Shown piece by piece: positions 1 to 9,921 of a DNA stretch of 64,000 nucleotides. The position numbers and the translations under genes were made by a program. The DNA comes from an uncultured Bacilli bacterium. GTDB taxonomy: Bacteria; Bacillota_I; Bacilli_A; RF39; UBA660. The first letter of the stretch is position 1. The number at the start of each line of letters is the position of its first letter. Location: positions 15,489 through 79,488 of the forward strand of contig CAKOMD010000003.1 of NCBI GenBank assembly GCA_934096555.1, written 5' to 3'. The notes under the pieces were generated by a model. The model saw nothing but the letters and a program-made list of their open reading frames with translations, was not told the origin of the DNA and searched no databases.

Positions 1-202
1 CAATTAGTCTTTCAATCTCAAATGATAGTCTAATAGAATTATAGAAATTATCACTATTATCCATCATAGTATTTTCATATTTTTTTAAAGAATTAATTTT
101 ATCTAATACTAAGTCATAGTCATTATTAAATTCTGTAGTATTACTATAAATAACATCTAAATTCCAAGTATACTTCTTATCAATATCTTTTCTATCTTTC
201 AT
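1..202 (-). CDS. pepF: oligoendopeptidase F-like (M3B) peptidase, N-terminal fragment running off the window start
   Basis: Open frame from ATG at 202 to the window edge reads MKDRKDIDKKYTWNLDVIYSNTTEFNNDY... This resembles the K.W.L..IY N-terminal signature of the PepF family. It is missing from the ORF track because it has no stop inside the window. Confidence 0.45.
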   Translation of the reverse strand, partial: MKDRKDIDKKYTWNLDVIYSNTTEFNNDYDLVLDKINSLKKYENTMMDNSDNFYNSIRLSFEIERLI

Positions 203-213
203 AATTACCCTTT

Positions 214-1311
214 CTATACATTAAATCTAAAATGACAAATATCTCCATCTTGCATTACATATTCTTTTCCTTCGATTCTTGCTTTGCCTGCTTCTCTAAC
301 TTTTAGTTCACTACCCGCAGCTACTAAATCATCATAAGACATAACTTCTGCTTTAATAAAGCCTCTTTCAAAATCCGAATGAATAATACCAGCACATTCA
401 GGAGCCTTCATACCTTTTTTAAATGTCCAAGCCCTAACCTCATCAGATCCAACAGTAAAGAATGTAGCAAGTCCAAGTAATTTATAAGTTTTATCAATTA
501 ACTTATCAAGACCACTTGAGGTAATACCAAGTTCATTTAAGAATAACATTTTCTCATCATCATCAAGTTCAGCAAGTTCACTCTCTATCTTCGCTGAGAT
601 AATAACTACTTCACTACCTTCATTTTTAGCATACTCACATACTCTATTAGTATACTCATTACCATTAACAATATCTTCTTCACTAACATTAAGAGCATAT
701 ATAATAGGCTTTAAAGTAATTAAATTAAATGAACTAATAATTTTCTTTTCTTCATCATCTAAACCAAGTTTTCTAACAGGAATATTTTTTTCTAGTGCAT
801 CCTTTATTCTTTCTAATAATTCTATTTCTTTAACATCGTCCTTGTTTTTAGTAGTCATAGCCTTTTTACCAATTTTACCAATTCTTGTAGTAATGATTTC
901 TAAATCTGAAAGAACTAGTTCTACATTAATAACTTCAATATCTCTTATTGGATCAACACTACCATCAACATGAATAATATTTTCATCATCAAAGCATCTA
1001 ACAACCTCAACAATAGCATCTACTTGTCTTATATGTGATAAAAACTTATTGCCAAGTCCTTCACCAGTACTAGCACCCTTTACTAGCCCTGCTATATCCG
1101 TAAATTCATAAGTAGTAGGTATAGTTCTTTCTGGAACATACATATTTTCTAATACCTCTACCCTCTTATCTGGGACAGTAACCACACCAACATTAGGATC
1201 AATTGTAGCAAATGGATAATTAGCAGCTAATATATTCTTTTTAGTTATAGCATTAAATAATGTACTCTTTCCTACATTAGGAAGGCCTACAATACCAGCA
1301 GTTAAACTCAT
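214..1311 (-). CDS. ychF: ribosome-binding ATPase YchF
   Basis: 365 aa with P-loop GIVGLPNVGKSTLFNA and full-length YchF/OLA1 architecture. Confidence 0.95.
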   Translation of the reverse strand: MSLTAGIVGLPNVGKSTLFNAITKKNILAANYPFATIDPNVGVVTVPDKRVEVLENMYVPERTIPTTYEFTDIAGLVKGASTGEGLGNKFLSHIRQVDAIVEVVRCFDDENIIHVDGSVDPIRDIEVINVELVLSDLEIITTRIGKIGKKAMTTKNKDDVKEIELLERIKDALEKNIPVRKLGLDDEEKKIISSFNLITLKPIIYALNVSEEDIVNGNEYTNRVCEYAKNEGSEVVIISAKIESELAELDDDEKMLFLNELGITSSGLDKLIDKTYKLLGLATFFTVGSDEVRAWTFKKGMKAPECAGIIHSDFERGFIKAEVMSYDDLVAAGSELKVREAGKARIEGKEYVMQDGDICHFRFNV

Positions 1312-1407
1312 TTATATCACTTCTTTCTTACCTAAATATTATAACAAAAAATAACTATAAAATAAACATTTTTATACAAGTAATTATAAATATTTTTTTA
1401 TTTGTTT

Positions 1408-1464
1408 CACTTTAAGCCTAGGTCTTAAAGTGTTTATTTGAGTCAAAGTATTGTCTCAAATAAA
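1408..1464 (+). repeat. tandem intergenic hairpin pair (family A1-A2)
   Basis: cactttaag-CCTAGGT-cttaaagtg is directly followed by tttatttgag-TCAAAGTATTGT-ctcaaataaa. Both stems are perfect, and the stem ends AG/CT are as in the other family members. Confidence 0.7.
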
Positions 1465-1507
1465 TATATCAGCCATATCTATTATATATAAGCATAGTCA
1501 CAAGAAT

Positions 1508-1534
1508 TAAAAAAAGTTATACCGAAGTACAACT
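1508..1534 (-). terminator. rho-independent terminator after abgT-family gene
   Basis: On the minus strand: AGTTGTAC-TTCG-GTATAACT followed by a T-run. Confidence 0.6.
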
Positions 1535-1540
1535 TTTTAT

Positions 1541-3076
1541 TTATAACATAACACTAGTACCAAATCCTATGGGAATTCCCATGATATAGAAGGCTAACAT
1601 TATAACAAAATATAATATTACAAAAGCAATAGTATAAGGAACCATTAATGACATAGCATCAGTAATAGTAATAACATCATTCTTTCTCTTATCATAAATA
1701 TGTAAGAAACCAATTAGTATAACAAAGTAACTAAATACTGGAGTAATACCCTTTATACAAGAATCCCCAGCTCTAAAGACAACTTCAGCAAATTCAGGAG
1801 TCATAGAGCTTTGCATAAACATTGGAACAATTACTGGTGAAATCATAGCCCATTTAGTCGAAGCCATAGGAACAAAGAACGTTGATAAAGCTACTACTAA
1901 GAATGTAATAACAACAAGAGCAAGTCCTGATAGTTGCATACCATTAAGTAATTCAGATAAAGAAGCTACAATAAATAAACCTATGTTAGTTTCCCTAAAT
2001 ATCATACAGAATTGTGAAGCAAAGAATATAAGTACTAATAAAGAAGCAACATCCTTTAAATAATAACTCATTCCATCAACCAAATCTCTATTATTATTTA
2101 TTGTTTTTACTCTCATTCCATATATTAATGAACTAAATATAAGTAAGAATGAAAATATAGTAACAGAACCTTGATAAAAGTAAGAACCTTCTCCAAATAA
2201 CATATCAACATATTTACTTTGACTAAGATCTAGGAATAGTCCTGAGAAAGGAAGACCTTTAATAATACAATATATAAGTAAAAGACCAACTACCATTGTA
2301 GCAAGGAGTGCTATAGCAATACCTTTTCTCTCCTTCTTAGAAACTTCACCAACCTGTGATGGCTCCTCTTCATCAAAAGAATATTTACCAAGTTTTGGTA
2401 TAATGAATCTTTCTGTAACTATCATACCAACATAAGCAACAAGTATTGTACTAACTATAGTAAAAATAATATTACCAAATAAATTAACATTGTATGAAGA
2501 ATCAAGTATAAGTGCAGCTTTATTTGAGTAAGTAGTTAACATACTATCTAGCCTATTAACAATTACATTGCCACCATATCCAAAAGTAATACCAGCAAAA
2601 GCAGCACAGATACCCGCGGATGGATGTCTACCTAAATTCATAAATAATATTGCCGCTAACGGAATTAATATAACATATCCAACTTCATAAAACATTGAAA
2701 AGATAACGCCAAGAAGTACAACTAAGAAAGTAAGAACTTTTCTTGGTACTTTTTCACCAATAACTTTAAACATTGAATTAAGAAAACCACTCTTATATCC
2801 TACGCCAACTCCAAGTAAGCCAATAATTAAATTACCAAGAGGAGCAAAACTAATAAAATTGTTTAACATATTGCTAATCAAATACTGTAGACCGGTTCTA
2901 TTAAATAAATTATGTATATTAACAGTTTGTGTTGTCAAATCCCCTGTAACATCATTAACTACATAATAACTTGCCTCTAAATTAAATATGCTACCCAAAC
3001 TACTAAGTATCATAACAACTAAAGTAAGAATTAAAAATACTAAAGCTGGATGTAACTTAACCTTCTTTTTTTTCAT
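1541..3076 (-). CDS. AbgT-family (p-aminobenzoyl-glutamate type) transporter
   Basis: 511 aa polytopic membrane protein. The N-terminus (KLHPALVFLILT...) and overall layout are typical of the AbgT/MtrF family. A GGTGG RBS precedes the ATG. Confidence 0.75.
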   Translation of the reverse strand: MKKKKVKLHPALVFLILTLVVMILSSLGSIFNLEASYYVVNDVTGDLTTQTVNIHNLFNRTGLQYLISNMLNNFISFAPLGNLIIGLLGVGVGYKSGFLNSMFKVIGEKVPRKVLTFLVVLLGVIFSMFYEVGYVILIPLAAILFMNLGRHPSAGICAAFAGITFGYGGNVIVNRLDSMLTTYSNKAALILDSSYNVNLFGNIIFTIVSTILVAYVGMIVTERFIIPKLGKYSFDEEEPSQVGEVSKKERKGIAIALLATMVVGLLLIYCIIKGLPFSGLFLDLSQSKYVDMLFGEGSYFYQGSVTIFSFLLIFSSLIYGMRVKTINNNRDLVDGMSYYLKDVASLLVLIFFASQFCMIFRETNIGLFIVASLSELLNGMQLSGLALVVITFLVVALSTFFVPMASTKWAMISPVIVPMFMQSSMTPEFAEVVFRAGDSCIKGITPVFSYFVILIGFLHIYDKRKNDVITITDAMSLMVPYTIAFVILYFVIMLAFYIMGIPIGFGTSVML

Positions 3077-3251
3077 TTTCGACCACCTTCTTTATTTTTT
3101 TATTAAAATCCACTCTAGGAAGCATTATCACTCTAGAACAATTAGTACATTTAATCTTTATATCTGCCCCTAATCTAATTATTTCAAATTCACTAGAACC
3201 ACATGGATGCACCTTTTTCATAATTACTTTATCTCCTAAATTATAATTCAT
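3057..3251 (-). CDS. DUF951 family small protein (YyzM-like)
   Basis: 64 aa reading GDKVIMKKVHPCGSSEFEIIRLGADIKIKCTNCSRVIMLPR. This is a conserved small protein that commonly neighbours ychF in Firmicutes. Confidence 0.75.
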   Translation of the reverse strand: MNYNLGDKVIMKKVHPCGSSEFEIIRLGADIKIKCTNCSRVIMLPRVDFNKKIKKVVENEKKEG

Positions 3252-3446
3252 TACAATTCACCTAGTACCATTATAACATTTATTTTATACTAAGTAAATT
3301 ATTTTTATTTTAAAATTTTGTTGTCATATAAAAGTAGAAAAATATCATACTCAATACTTGACATAAAGGGATAAAATATTATGCGTGAACTATTGTAAAA
3401 ATATATTAGTTTTGATATAATTAAATGGTAAAAGAGGGATGATGAA

Positions 3447-4781
3447 GTGAATAAAGAAAGAAGTAAAAGAAAGTTAAATGTACAAAAAATATTTAATTTA
3501 GTAAGCCTGATGTTCTTATCAGCATGTATTATTTTTTATGGAGGAAGATTTATTAAATTATACATAGAAAATAACAAGGTAGAAGAGACAAATTCTATGG
3601 CAAAAAACATTAAAGAAAGCAATAAAGATAATGAAAATTTCAAAGTAATAAATGGTGAATACTATTTCAGTGGTACTGATGTAAACAATTATGTCTCATA
3701 TTCAAATCTATTATGGAGAATAATGAAGATAAATACTGATAATACAATTACTATGATATCAGATAGTAGTATAACATCACTAGCTAAAGGAGAAAATAAA
3801 GATTATAATTCTTCTTATATAAGTAAATGGTTAACAAAAAAAGATAATGAAGAATACACCGGTATACTTGAAAGCAATTTAAATAATATGAGTAAATACT
3901 TAACATTTACCAAAACTTGTAAAGATGTAATTGAAGATACTAAAAGTATATCATGTAAAGATTTAACCGAAGATACATACATAACAATACCATCATTAAA
4001 TGATTATGTAAACACTGGCGGTAATGATAGTTTTATGAATAATGAAGAATACTTTTATTTAATAAATAATAATAAAGAAAATAAATCATGGTATATAGAT
4101 AGTGATGGAAAGCTTGGCAAAAGTGATGGTACTGATGTAATAGGAATCAAACCAGTAATAACAATCAAAGCAACAATAGAAGCAACTGGTGGTGATGGTA
4201 CAGAAAGTAATCCATACATTTTTGAAGGAGAAAATAGTTTATTTGGAAGTTATGTAAAACTTGGCAATGATATTTGGAGAATATATGAAGTTAATGAAAA
4301 AGAAGTAAAATTATCACTAAATAATTACTTAACAATTAACAGTGAAGAACAAAAATATAATTATTCATCCAATGGATATCAATATAATGATACAAAAAAT
4401 AAGACATTAGCTTACTACTTAAATAATACATATCTAAACAAATTAAGTTATAAAAATTTAATTAAAGAGACAAAATTTGCTAATGGACTATATAGTAATA
4501 CTACAAGTTATGACTATACTAAAGTACTTAACGAGACAATAGATACTAAAGTATCAATACTTTCACTAGGAGACACAATCTTAAATAATAAATTAACAAA
4601 TTACTTTATGTCTACTGGAATAGATAAAAATAGTAATAATATGTATGTATTCCAAAATGATTTTAAATTATATACAAAATCATCTTCAACAAGTTTAAAA
4701 ATAGTACCAGTAATATCTATAGATAAAGATAAACTTACCAAAGGTACAGGAACTATAGATAGTCCTTTGGAGGTAGAATAA
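3447..4781 (+). CDS. membrane-anchored extracellular protein of unknown function with two related modules
   Basis: GTG start after an AGAGGGA RBS, and one N-terminal TM segment. Two halves each end in a G.GT.S.P motif (GGDGTESNPYIFEG, GTGTIDSPLEVE). Confidence 0.6.
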   Translation: MNKERSKRKLNVQKIFNLVSLMFLSACIIFYGGRFIKLYIENNKVEETNSMAKNIKESNKDNENFKVINGEYYFSGTDVNNYVSYSNLLWRIMKINTDNTITMISDSSITSLAKGENKDYNSSYISKWLTKKDNEEYTGILESNLNNMSKYLTFTKTCKDVIEDTKSISCKDLTEDTYITIPSLNDYVNTGGNDSFMNNEEYFYLINNNKENKSWYIDSDGKLGKSDGTDVIGIKPVITIKATIEATGGDGTESNPYIFEGENSLFGSYVKLGNDIWRIYEVNEKEVKLSLNNYLTINSEEQKYNYSSNGYQYNDTKNKTLAYYLNNTYLNKLSYKNLIKETKFANGLYSNTTSYDYTKVLNETIDTKVSILSLGDTILNNKLTNYFMSTGIDKNSNNMYVFQNDFKLYTKSSSTSLKIVPVISIDKDKLTKGTGTIDSPLEVE

Positions 4782-5809
4782 TGAGAGAAAGAAAAAAAAG
4801 AAAAATATATAAAACAACCATTGTATTTATAATTTTAGATTTAATTGCAGCTTGGTGTTTCTTTATGATGTATGGGCCATGGGATAAAGTGCGAAATATG
4901 TATGTAAATACTGCAATGAAAACTATGCATCACCAATATTTTGCTAATATCTTTTATAATCAAAAAACAATAGACAAAATAATGTCAGGTAACTACTTTG
5001 TATCATTTGAAGAAGATGCCAATACAGATGCAATAGTAATAGATACAAAAGAAAAAACTAAATATAAAGACAAATATGAAGAAGAATTATATACAAGAGA
5101 AAATCCTGATGATGACTACAAAGTAATTGATTTAAAGGTAGGAAATTCTAATGGATATCTAGTAGCTATCTATAAACCTGAAAAAGTAAGATTAATTTCT
5201 ACAAAAGAGTTTAATGTTGGTGGTAAAGGCGAAAGAATAATCACTATGTGTGAAAGATATGGTGGTTCAGTATGTATTAATGGTGGAGGTTTCCAAGATT
5301 CAGGATATGGTTCAGATATACCAATTGGCGTAGTTATTCAAGATGGAGAAATAACTTGGGGAGCCGATACTGCGGATACAACTAGAGACAATATAATTGG
5401 ACTTACCAAAGATGGAAAATTAAAACTAATGACCAATGCCACTGCCAACGAAGCCTTAAAAGCAAATATAAATGATGCTATGGTATTTGGTCCATTTCTA
5501 ATAGTCAATGGAAAGCCACTTGAAATAGTTGGAGATCCTTGGGGTTATGCTCCAAGAGTAGCCATAGGTCAAACAAAATCAGGTATAATCTTGTTTCTAG
5601 TAGTAGATGGAGAAAATTATATAAACGGAGCTAGTCTTCAAGACATGGTAGATGTCTTAACTAGATATGGTGCTTACAATGCTGCCAATCTAGATGGTGG
5701 TCAATCATCATCATTATCAATAAATGGCAAACTATATAATAATCCTCCAGCAGCAGCTAAAAAACAAGGCGGAAGATATGTAGTAACTGGATGGGGATTA
5801 ATAAAATAA
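4781..5809 (+). CDS. phosphodiester glycosidase (DUF2233/NAGPA-like) family protein
   Basis: 342 aa with an N-terminal TM. Conserved blocks are INGGGF, PRVAIGQTKSG..LFLVVDG and ANLDGGQSS. ATGA overlap with the upstream ORF. Confidence 0.75.
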   Translation: MRERKKRKIYKTTIVFIILDLIAAWCFFMMYGPWDKVRNMYVNTAMKTMHHQYFANIFYNQKTIDKIMSGNYFVSFEEDANTDAIVIDTKEKTKYKDKYEEELYTRENPDDDYKVIDLKVGNSNGYLVAIYKPEKVRLISTKEFNVGGKGERIITMCERYGGSVCINGGGFQDSGYGSDIPIGVVIQDGEITWGADTADTTRDNIIGLTKDGKLKLMTNATANEALKANINDAMVFGPFLIVNGKPLEIVGDPWGYAPRVAIGQTKSGIILFLVVDGENYINGASLQDMVDVLTRYGAYNAANLDGGQSSSLSINGKLYNNPPAAAKKQGGRYVVTGWGLIK

Positions 5810-5822
5810 TAACAAAATATCA

Positions 5823-8129
5823 CTAGGCTTTAGTGATATTTTTTTCATATTCATTTAACTTATCAATATATACATTCTTCGCATTATTAATAATTGCTTC
5901 CAATATAACATTTTCTATTCCTCTAGAAATAATTTTATCAAGACGCCTTGCCCCAAATTCAAAAAAGTTACTTTCTTTAATAATTTTATCTACCACATCA
6001 TCAGCATATTTTATATTAATATTTGAATATTTTTTACTAATAGATTCTAATTTGTTAGTAATAATCCTTCTAACATCATTTTCATTTAATCTATCAAAAG
6101 TCATTATACCATCTATTCTATTAATAAATGCCATTGAAAAACTATTTTTTAAATCATTTATACTATTGATATTTTTATTAAAGCCAATACTATTCTTTTC
6201 AAATCCAACATTTGAGGTCATAATAATTACTACATTATTAAATCTAACTGTAACACCTTTAGCATTTTTTATTTTGCCTTCTTCCAATATCTGATAAAAT
6301 AAATTAATAACAGAAGGATAGGCTTTATCTATTTCATCAAGCAATAATACCGAATTAGGTTTATTTCTAATTTCTTCCAAAATGTTTTTATTATCATCGT
6401 ATCCAACATATCCTGGAGAAGAGCCAAGTATCTTATTAACTGAAGTACTATCACTGTATTCACTCATATCAAGTCTAATAAAATTATTTTCGCCTACTAA
6501 AAGTTTAGCATATTCTTTAGCCAAGCATGTCTTACCTACTCCAGATGGACCAATAAACAGCATAGAGTAACATTTATTGTCACCATATTTAATTCTTTTA
6601 GTAATATTCATAAGACTATCAATAACATTATCATGACCAATAATAATACTCTTTAGTTTCCTTTCCATCTCATAAATACTATCTATATTACTACTAAGTA
6701 TATCTTCAGTAGGTATTTTTACCCTATTACCAATAACAAAAGCAATATCTGAAATAGTAACTTCATTCTTTTTAATATTACAAGATAATTCTAGTTCATT
6801 AAGTTCTGACATTAACCTAGCTTCTTTCTTCCTAATATCAAGAGCTTTATCAATATCGTTATCAATAATAAAACTATTCTTTTCTTTACTCAACTTATTA
6901 ATTTCTTTTTTAATATTCTTTAATCTATCAGTACCAACTTCCTTCATACTAACTCTAGCGCAAACTTCATCTAATACATCAATTTCTTTGTCAGGTCTAT
7001 TTCTATCAAATATATATTTTTCAGACATATCAACTAATTTATTAAGTATATCATCACTAATAACAACATTATGATACCTCTCATATATACTTCTTATATT
7101 AAATAAAATATTTTTAGTTTCAGTAATACTTGGTTCATCAACAAACACCTTTTGAAATCTTCTTTCCAAAGCAGAATCTTTCTCAATAAACTTCTTATAT
7201 TCTTCTGTAGTAGTAGCTCCTAGGCATCTAATTTTACCTCTAGCTAAAGAAGGTTTTAATATATTTGAAGCATCTATTGCACCTTCAGCACCTCCTGCAC
7301 CAACTAAAGTATGAATTTCATCTATAAACAAAATAATTTCTGTATTATCCTCAATTTCTTTAAGTACTTTTTTCATTCTTTCTTCAAATTCACCACGATA
7401 CTTAGTTCCAGCAACCATCGTAGCCATATCTAAAGAAATAACCCTTTTACCTATTAATCCAGATGGAACATCTTCATTAGCAATTAATCTAGATAGTTCT
7501 TCTACAATAGCAGTTTTGCCTACTCCTGCTTCACCAATCAAAATAGGATTATTTTTAGTTCTCCTACAAAGTATTTCCATTACACTTCTTACTTCTTTTT
7601 CTCTACCGATTACAGGATCTAATTTACCATTTTTAGCTTCATTAGTCAGATCAATTCCTAAATCATCTATAAGCAGTTTTTTCTTCTTATTCTTCTTACT
7701 TTTCTTTATAAGACTAGTAGAGAAATCATCATACATAGATTCTACATCAATATCCATGCCGATTAGTATTCTAATAGCAATACCTTCACCCTCTTCTAGC
7801 ATTGAAAAAAATAAGTGTTCTAAAGTTACCTCACCATCATTATTATCTTTACTATCCATAATAGCAGATTCAATCACTTTTCTAAGTAATGGTGTATATA
7901 AAAAATATTCACTTTTCTTTTTACTAGTACCTACTACTTTAGATAATTCTTCTTTAAATTTTTCATAGTAGATACCATAACTATTTAATCTTTCAGTAAT
8001 ATTACTATCAATATTCAAAATAGAAAGAAGTAAATGTTCTGTTCCTATATATGGATGTCCTAAATCCAACATTTCTTTTTTTGCATTCATTAGTGCGGTT
8101 TGTGCTTCCTCATTAAAATTTCCTATCAT
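5823..8129 (-). CDS. clpC: ATP-dependent Clp protease ATP-binding subunit ClpC
   Basis: 768 aa with an N-terminal Clp repeat (HPYIGTEHLLL) and two AAA+ modules carrying GEAGVGKT and GPSGVGKT Walker A motifs. Confidence 0.9.
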   Translation of the reverse strand: MIGNFNEEAQTALMNAKKEMLDLGHPYIGTEHLLLSILNIDSNITERLNSYGIYYEKFKEELSKVVGTSKKKSEYFLYTPLLRKVIESAIMDSKDNNDGEVTLEHLFFSMLEEGEGIAIRILIGMDIDVESMYDDFSTSLIKKSKKNKKKKLLIDDLGIDLTNEAKNGKLDPVIGREKEVRSVMEILCRRTKNNPILIGEAGVGKTAIVEELSRLIANEDVPSGLIGKRVISLDMATMVAGTKYRGEFEERMKKVLKEIEDNTEIILFIDEIHTLVGAGGAEGAIDASNILKPSLARGKIRCLGATTTEEYKKFIEKDSALERRFQKVFVDEPSITETKNILFNIRSIYERYHNVVISDDILNKLVDMSEKYIFDRNRPDKEIDVLDEVCARVSMKEVGTDRLKNIKKEINKLSKEKNSFIIDNDIDKALDIRKKEARLMSELNELELSCNIKKNEVTISDIAFVIGNRVKIPTEDILSSNIDSIYEMERKLKSIIIGHDNVIDSLMNITKRIKYGDNKCYSMLFIGPSGVGKTCLAKEYAKLLVGENNFIRLDMSEYSDSTSVNKILGSSPGYVGYDDNKNILEEIRNKPNSVLLLDEIDKAYPSVINLFYQILEEGKIKNAKGVTVRFNNVVIIMTSNVGFEKNSIGFNKNINSINDLKNSFSMAFINRIDGIMTFDRLNENDVRRIITNKLESISKKYSNINIKYADDVVDKIIKESNFFEFGARRLDKIISRGIENVILEAIINNAKNVYIDKLNEYEKNITKA

Positions 8130-8225
8130 ATTATTATTTCTCCTCTCTAAGATATTCTATGAATATAATGAGATGACTTTCTAAATTTTAATCAAGAAAA
8201 ATAGACTTTTTTTATTATTTATATT

Positions 8226-8285
8226 CACTTTAAGCCTTTCCTTTTAGTCTTAAAGTGCTGTTATTAGCCTAAAGTCTAATAACAG
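8226..8285 (+). repeat. tandem intergenic hairpin pair (family B1-B2)
   Basis: cactttaag-CCTTTCCTTTTAGT-cttaaagtg abuts ctgttattag-CCTAAAGT-ctaataacag. Both stems are perfect. Confidence 0.75.
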
Positions 8286-8324
8286 TGTATCTACATACCT
8301 ATCATATAGAAGCCAAGTTAACAT

Positions 8325-8350
8325 AAAAAAACGTCTAAATTACTTTAGAC
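8325..8350 (-). terminator. rho-independent terminator after the 8371-9822 transporter gene
   Basis: On the minus strand: GTCTAAA-GTAA-TTTAGAC followed by TTTTTTT. Confidence 0.65.
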
Positions 8351-8370
8351 ATTTTTGTTATTATAAATAG

Positions 8371-9822
8371 TTATATTAATGACATTACTAAGATTACTAG
8401 TATTACTACTAATAATAGCATTAATACAAATCTCCATATATATTTTACCCAAGTAGTATATGGAACATCAAAATATTTAAGAGCAAATATTACTAATAAA
8501 CTAGTAGGCCCTATAATACTAACAATACCATAAACACTTTGGAATAATAAAGCATATACAGAATATAATGATTCATCAGTTACTTGAGCTATCATTGTAG
8601 AATATACACCAGCAGCAGTATAATATAAATCAGAATGAAGAAGAGTTCCTAAACCACTAATTAATGTTCCTGTTAAAACATTTAATCCTAGCTTAGACTC
8701 AGAAATCAAACTAATTATATTAGACATGAATCCAAAGTTATAAGCACATACTAATATAGCAGATGCAAGCATAACTAAGAATACAGCTGGTACCATTTTT
8801 TTAGCACCATTCATAAAGTTGTCAACAACATCATCAAACTTAACTCTATAAATAAATTTAAGAATTAAAGTAAATAGAATTAAAGTTGTAATTATTGACA
8901 TATATGAACCAAGACTAGCCCAATTACCCAATGAAGATGCATTAGCGGTAATAACATTAGAGAATACTTTGAAATCTCCAATTTTTATTCCAAGCAACCA
9001 TTCATTAAATTTATTAAAGCATTCTATACCAAATAATGTATTCCAAGGTAAATATCCTAAAATAAGAATAACAAGTATTACTGATAGAACAACAACTATA
9101 GGCCATGTTCTAATGTTTTTGTAATCACCTTTAACTTCAGAAACTAACACTTCATTACTATCATTTAATTCATACTTAACTTTCTTTTCTTGAACATTTT
9201 TAATATATCTTAATATGAAGAATATAAGTAAAGCAACTCCAAGAACAAGAAGAATTAATTTAGCCCATATATTAGAATATAAATCTAATGAAGACAATCC
9301 TTCAATAGTAGTAGCACTATATCCATAGTAACTATTAGGATTTCTAAATGTTATATAGATACCTCCTATAAAACCTACTAGCATTGAAACAACTGTTGAA
9401 CTAATGGCAACTAATTTGTCATGACCCATTGCTAATATAATTGCAGCAACAAATGGTACAAATACAAGAATAGCACCAATTAAACCTGTAACTGAAGTTA
9501 AAACAGCAAATAATATAGTAACTATTATTATAAATAAATTACTATGTGCCTTAACTTTAGTAGCTATATTATCAACTAATTTCTTATAAGCAGGAACTTC
9601 TTTTAATACTCCATAGAAAGCGCCAAGTACTAATAAATAAACAGCAGTGTCAAAGAAGTAATAAAATGATTGAGTAAAATTAATTAGAGTATCACCAAGT
9701 GGAATCATGTTAAATACTTTAAGTTTTTCAACAAATTGACCAGCTATTGCAAGACCTCCATTAACTAGCACAAGTGCTCCAAAAACAATCAATATTACTT
9801 TAAATAAACTATGTTTTTTCAT
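8371..9822 (-). CDS. polytopic membrane transporter, possibly YfcC/DcuC-like ion transporter superfamily
   Basis: About 483 aa from MKKHSLFK, preceded by an AGAGGAGG RBS, with at least 10 predicted TM helices. The family assignment is by overall resemblance only. Confidence 0.5.
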   Translation of the reverse strand: MKKHSLFKVILIVFGALVLVNGGLAIAGQFVEKLKVFNMIPLGDTLINFTQSFYYFFDTAVYLLVLGAFYGVLKEVPAYKKLVDNIATKVKAHSNLFIIIVTILFAVLTSVTGLIGAILVFVPFVAAIILAMGHDKLVAISSTVVSMLVGFIGGIYITFRNPNSYYGYSATTIEGLSSLDLYSNIWAKLILLVLGVALLIFFILRYIKNVQEKKVKYELNDSNEVLVSEVKGDYKNIRTWPIVVVLSVILVILILGYLPWNTLFGIECFNKFNEWLLGIKIGDFKVFSNVITANASSLGNWASLGSYMSIITTLILFTLILKFIYRVKFDDVVDNFMNGAKKMVPAVFLVMLASAILVCAYNFGFMSNIISLISESKLGLNVLTGTLISGLGTLLHSDLYYTAAGVYSTMIAQVTDESLYSVYALLFQSVYGIVSIIGPTSLLVIFALKYFDVPYTTWVKYIWRFVLMLLLVVILVILVMSLI

Positions 9823-9921
9823 AATAACCTCCTCTAACATTAATTATAACACAAAAGAACTAAAAGTAAATAAAAAAGAGAAAATTTCAAGTGTTTTCCC
9901 TTATTTTATAATACTTTAAGA

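Noticed and set aside
5833-7968. Plus-strand ORFs inside clpC (5833-6294, 6382-6570, 7516-7968). Similar antisense ORFs lie inside other genes: 12611-13050, 13284-13553, 21925-22170, 24728-24973, 25547-26075, 29292-29975, 30304-30807, 32028-32382, 34006-34344, 40431-41012, 44730-44948, 51730-51960, 53863-54081 and 57246-60987.
   Set aside because: They lie antisense to, or out of frame within, well-supported conserved genes. They translate to low-complexity Ile/Leu/Ser/Phe-rich strings typical of AT-rich antisense frames, and they lack RBS motifs.
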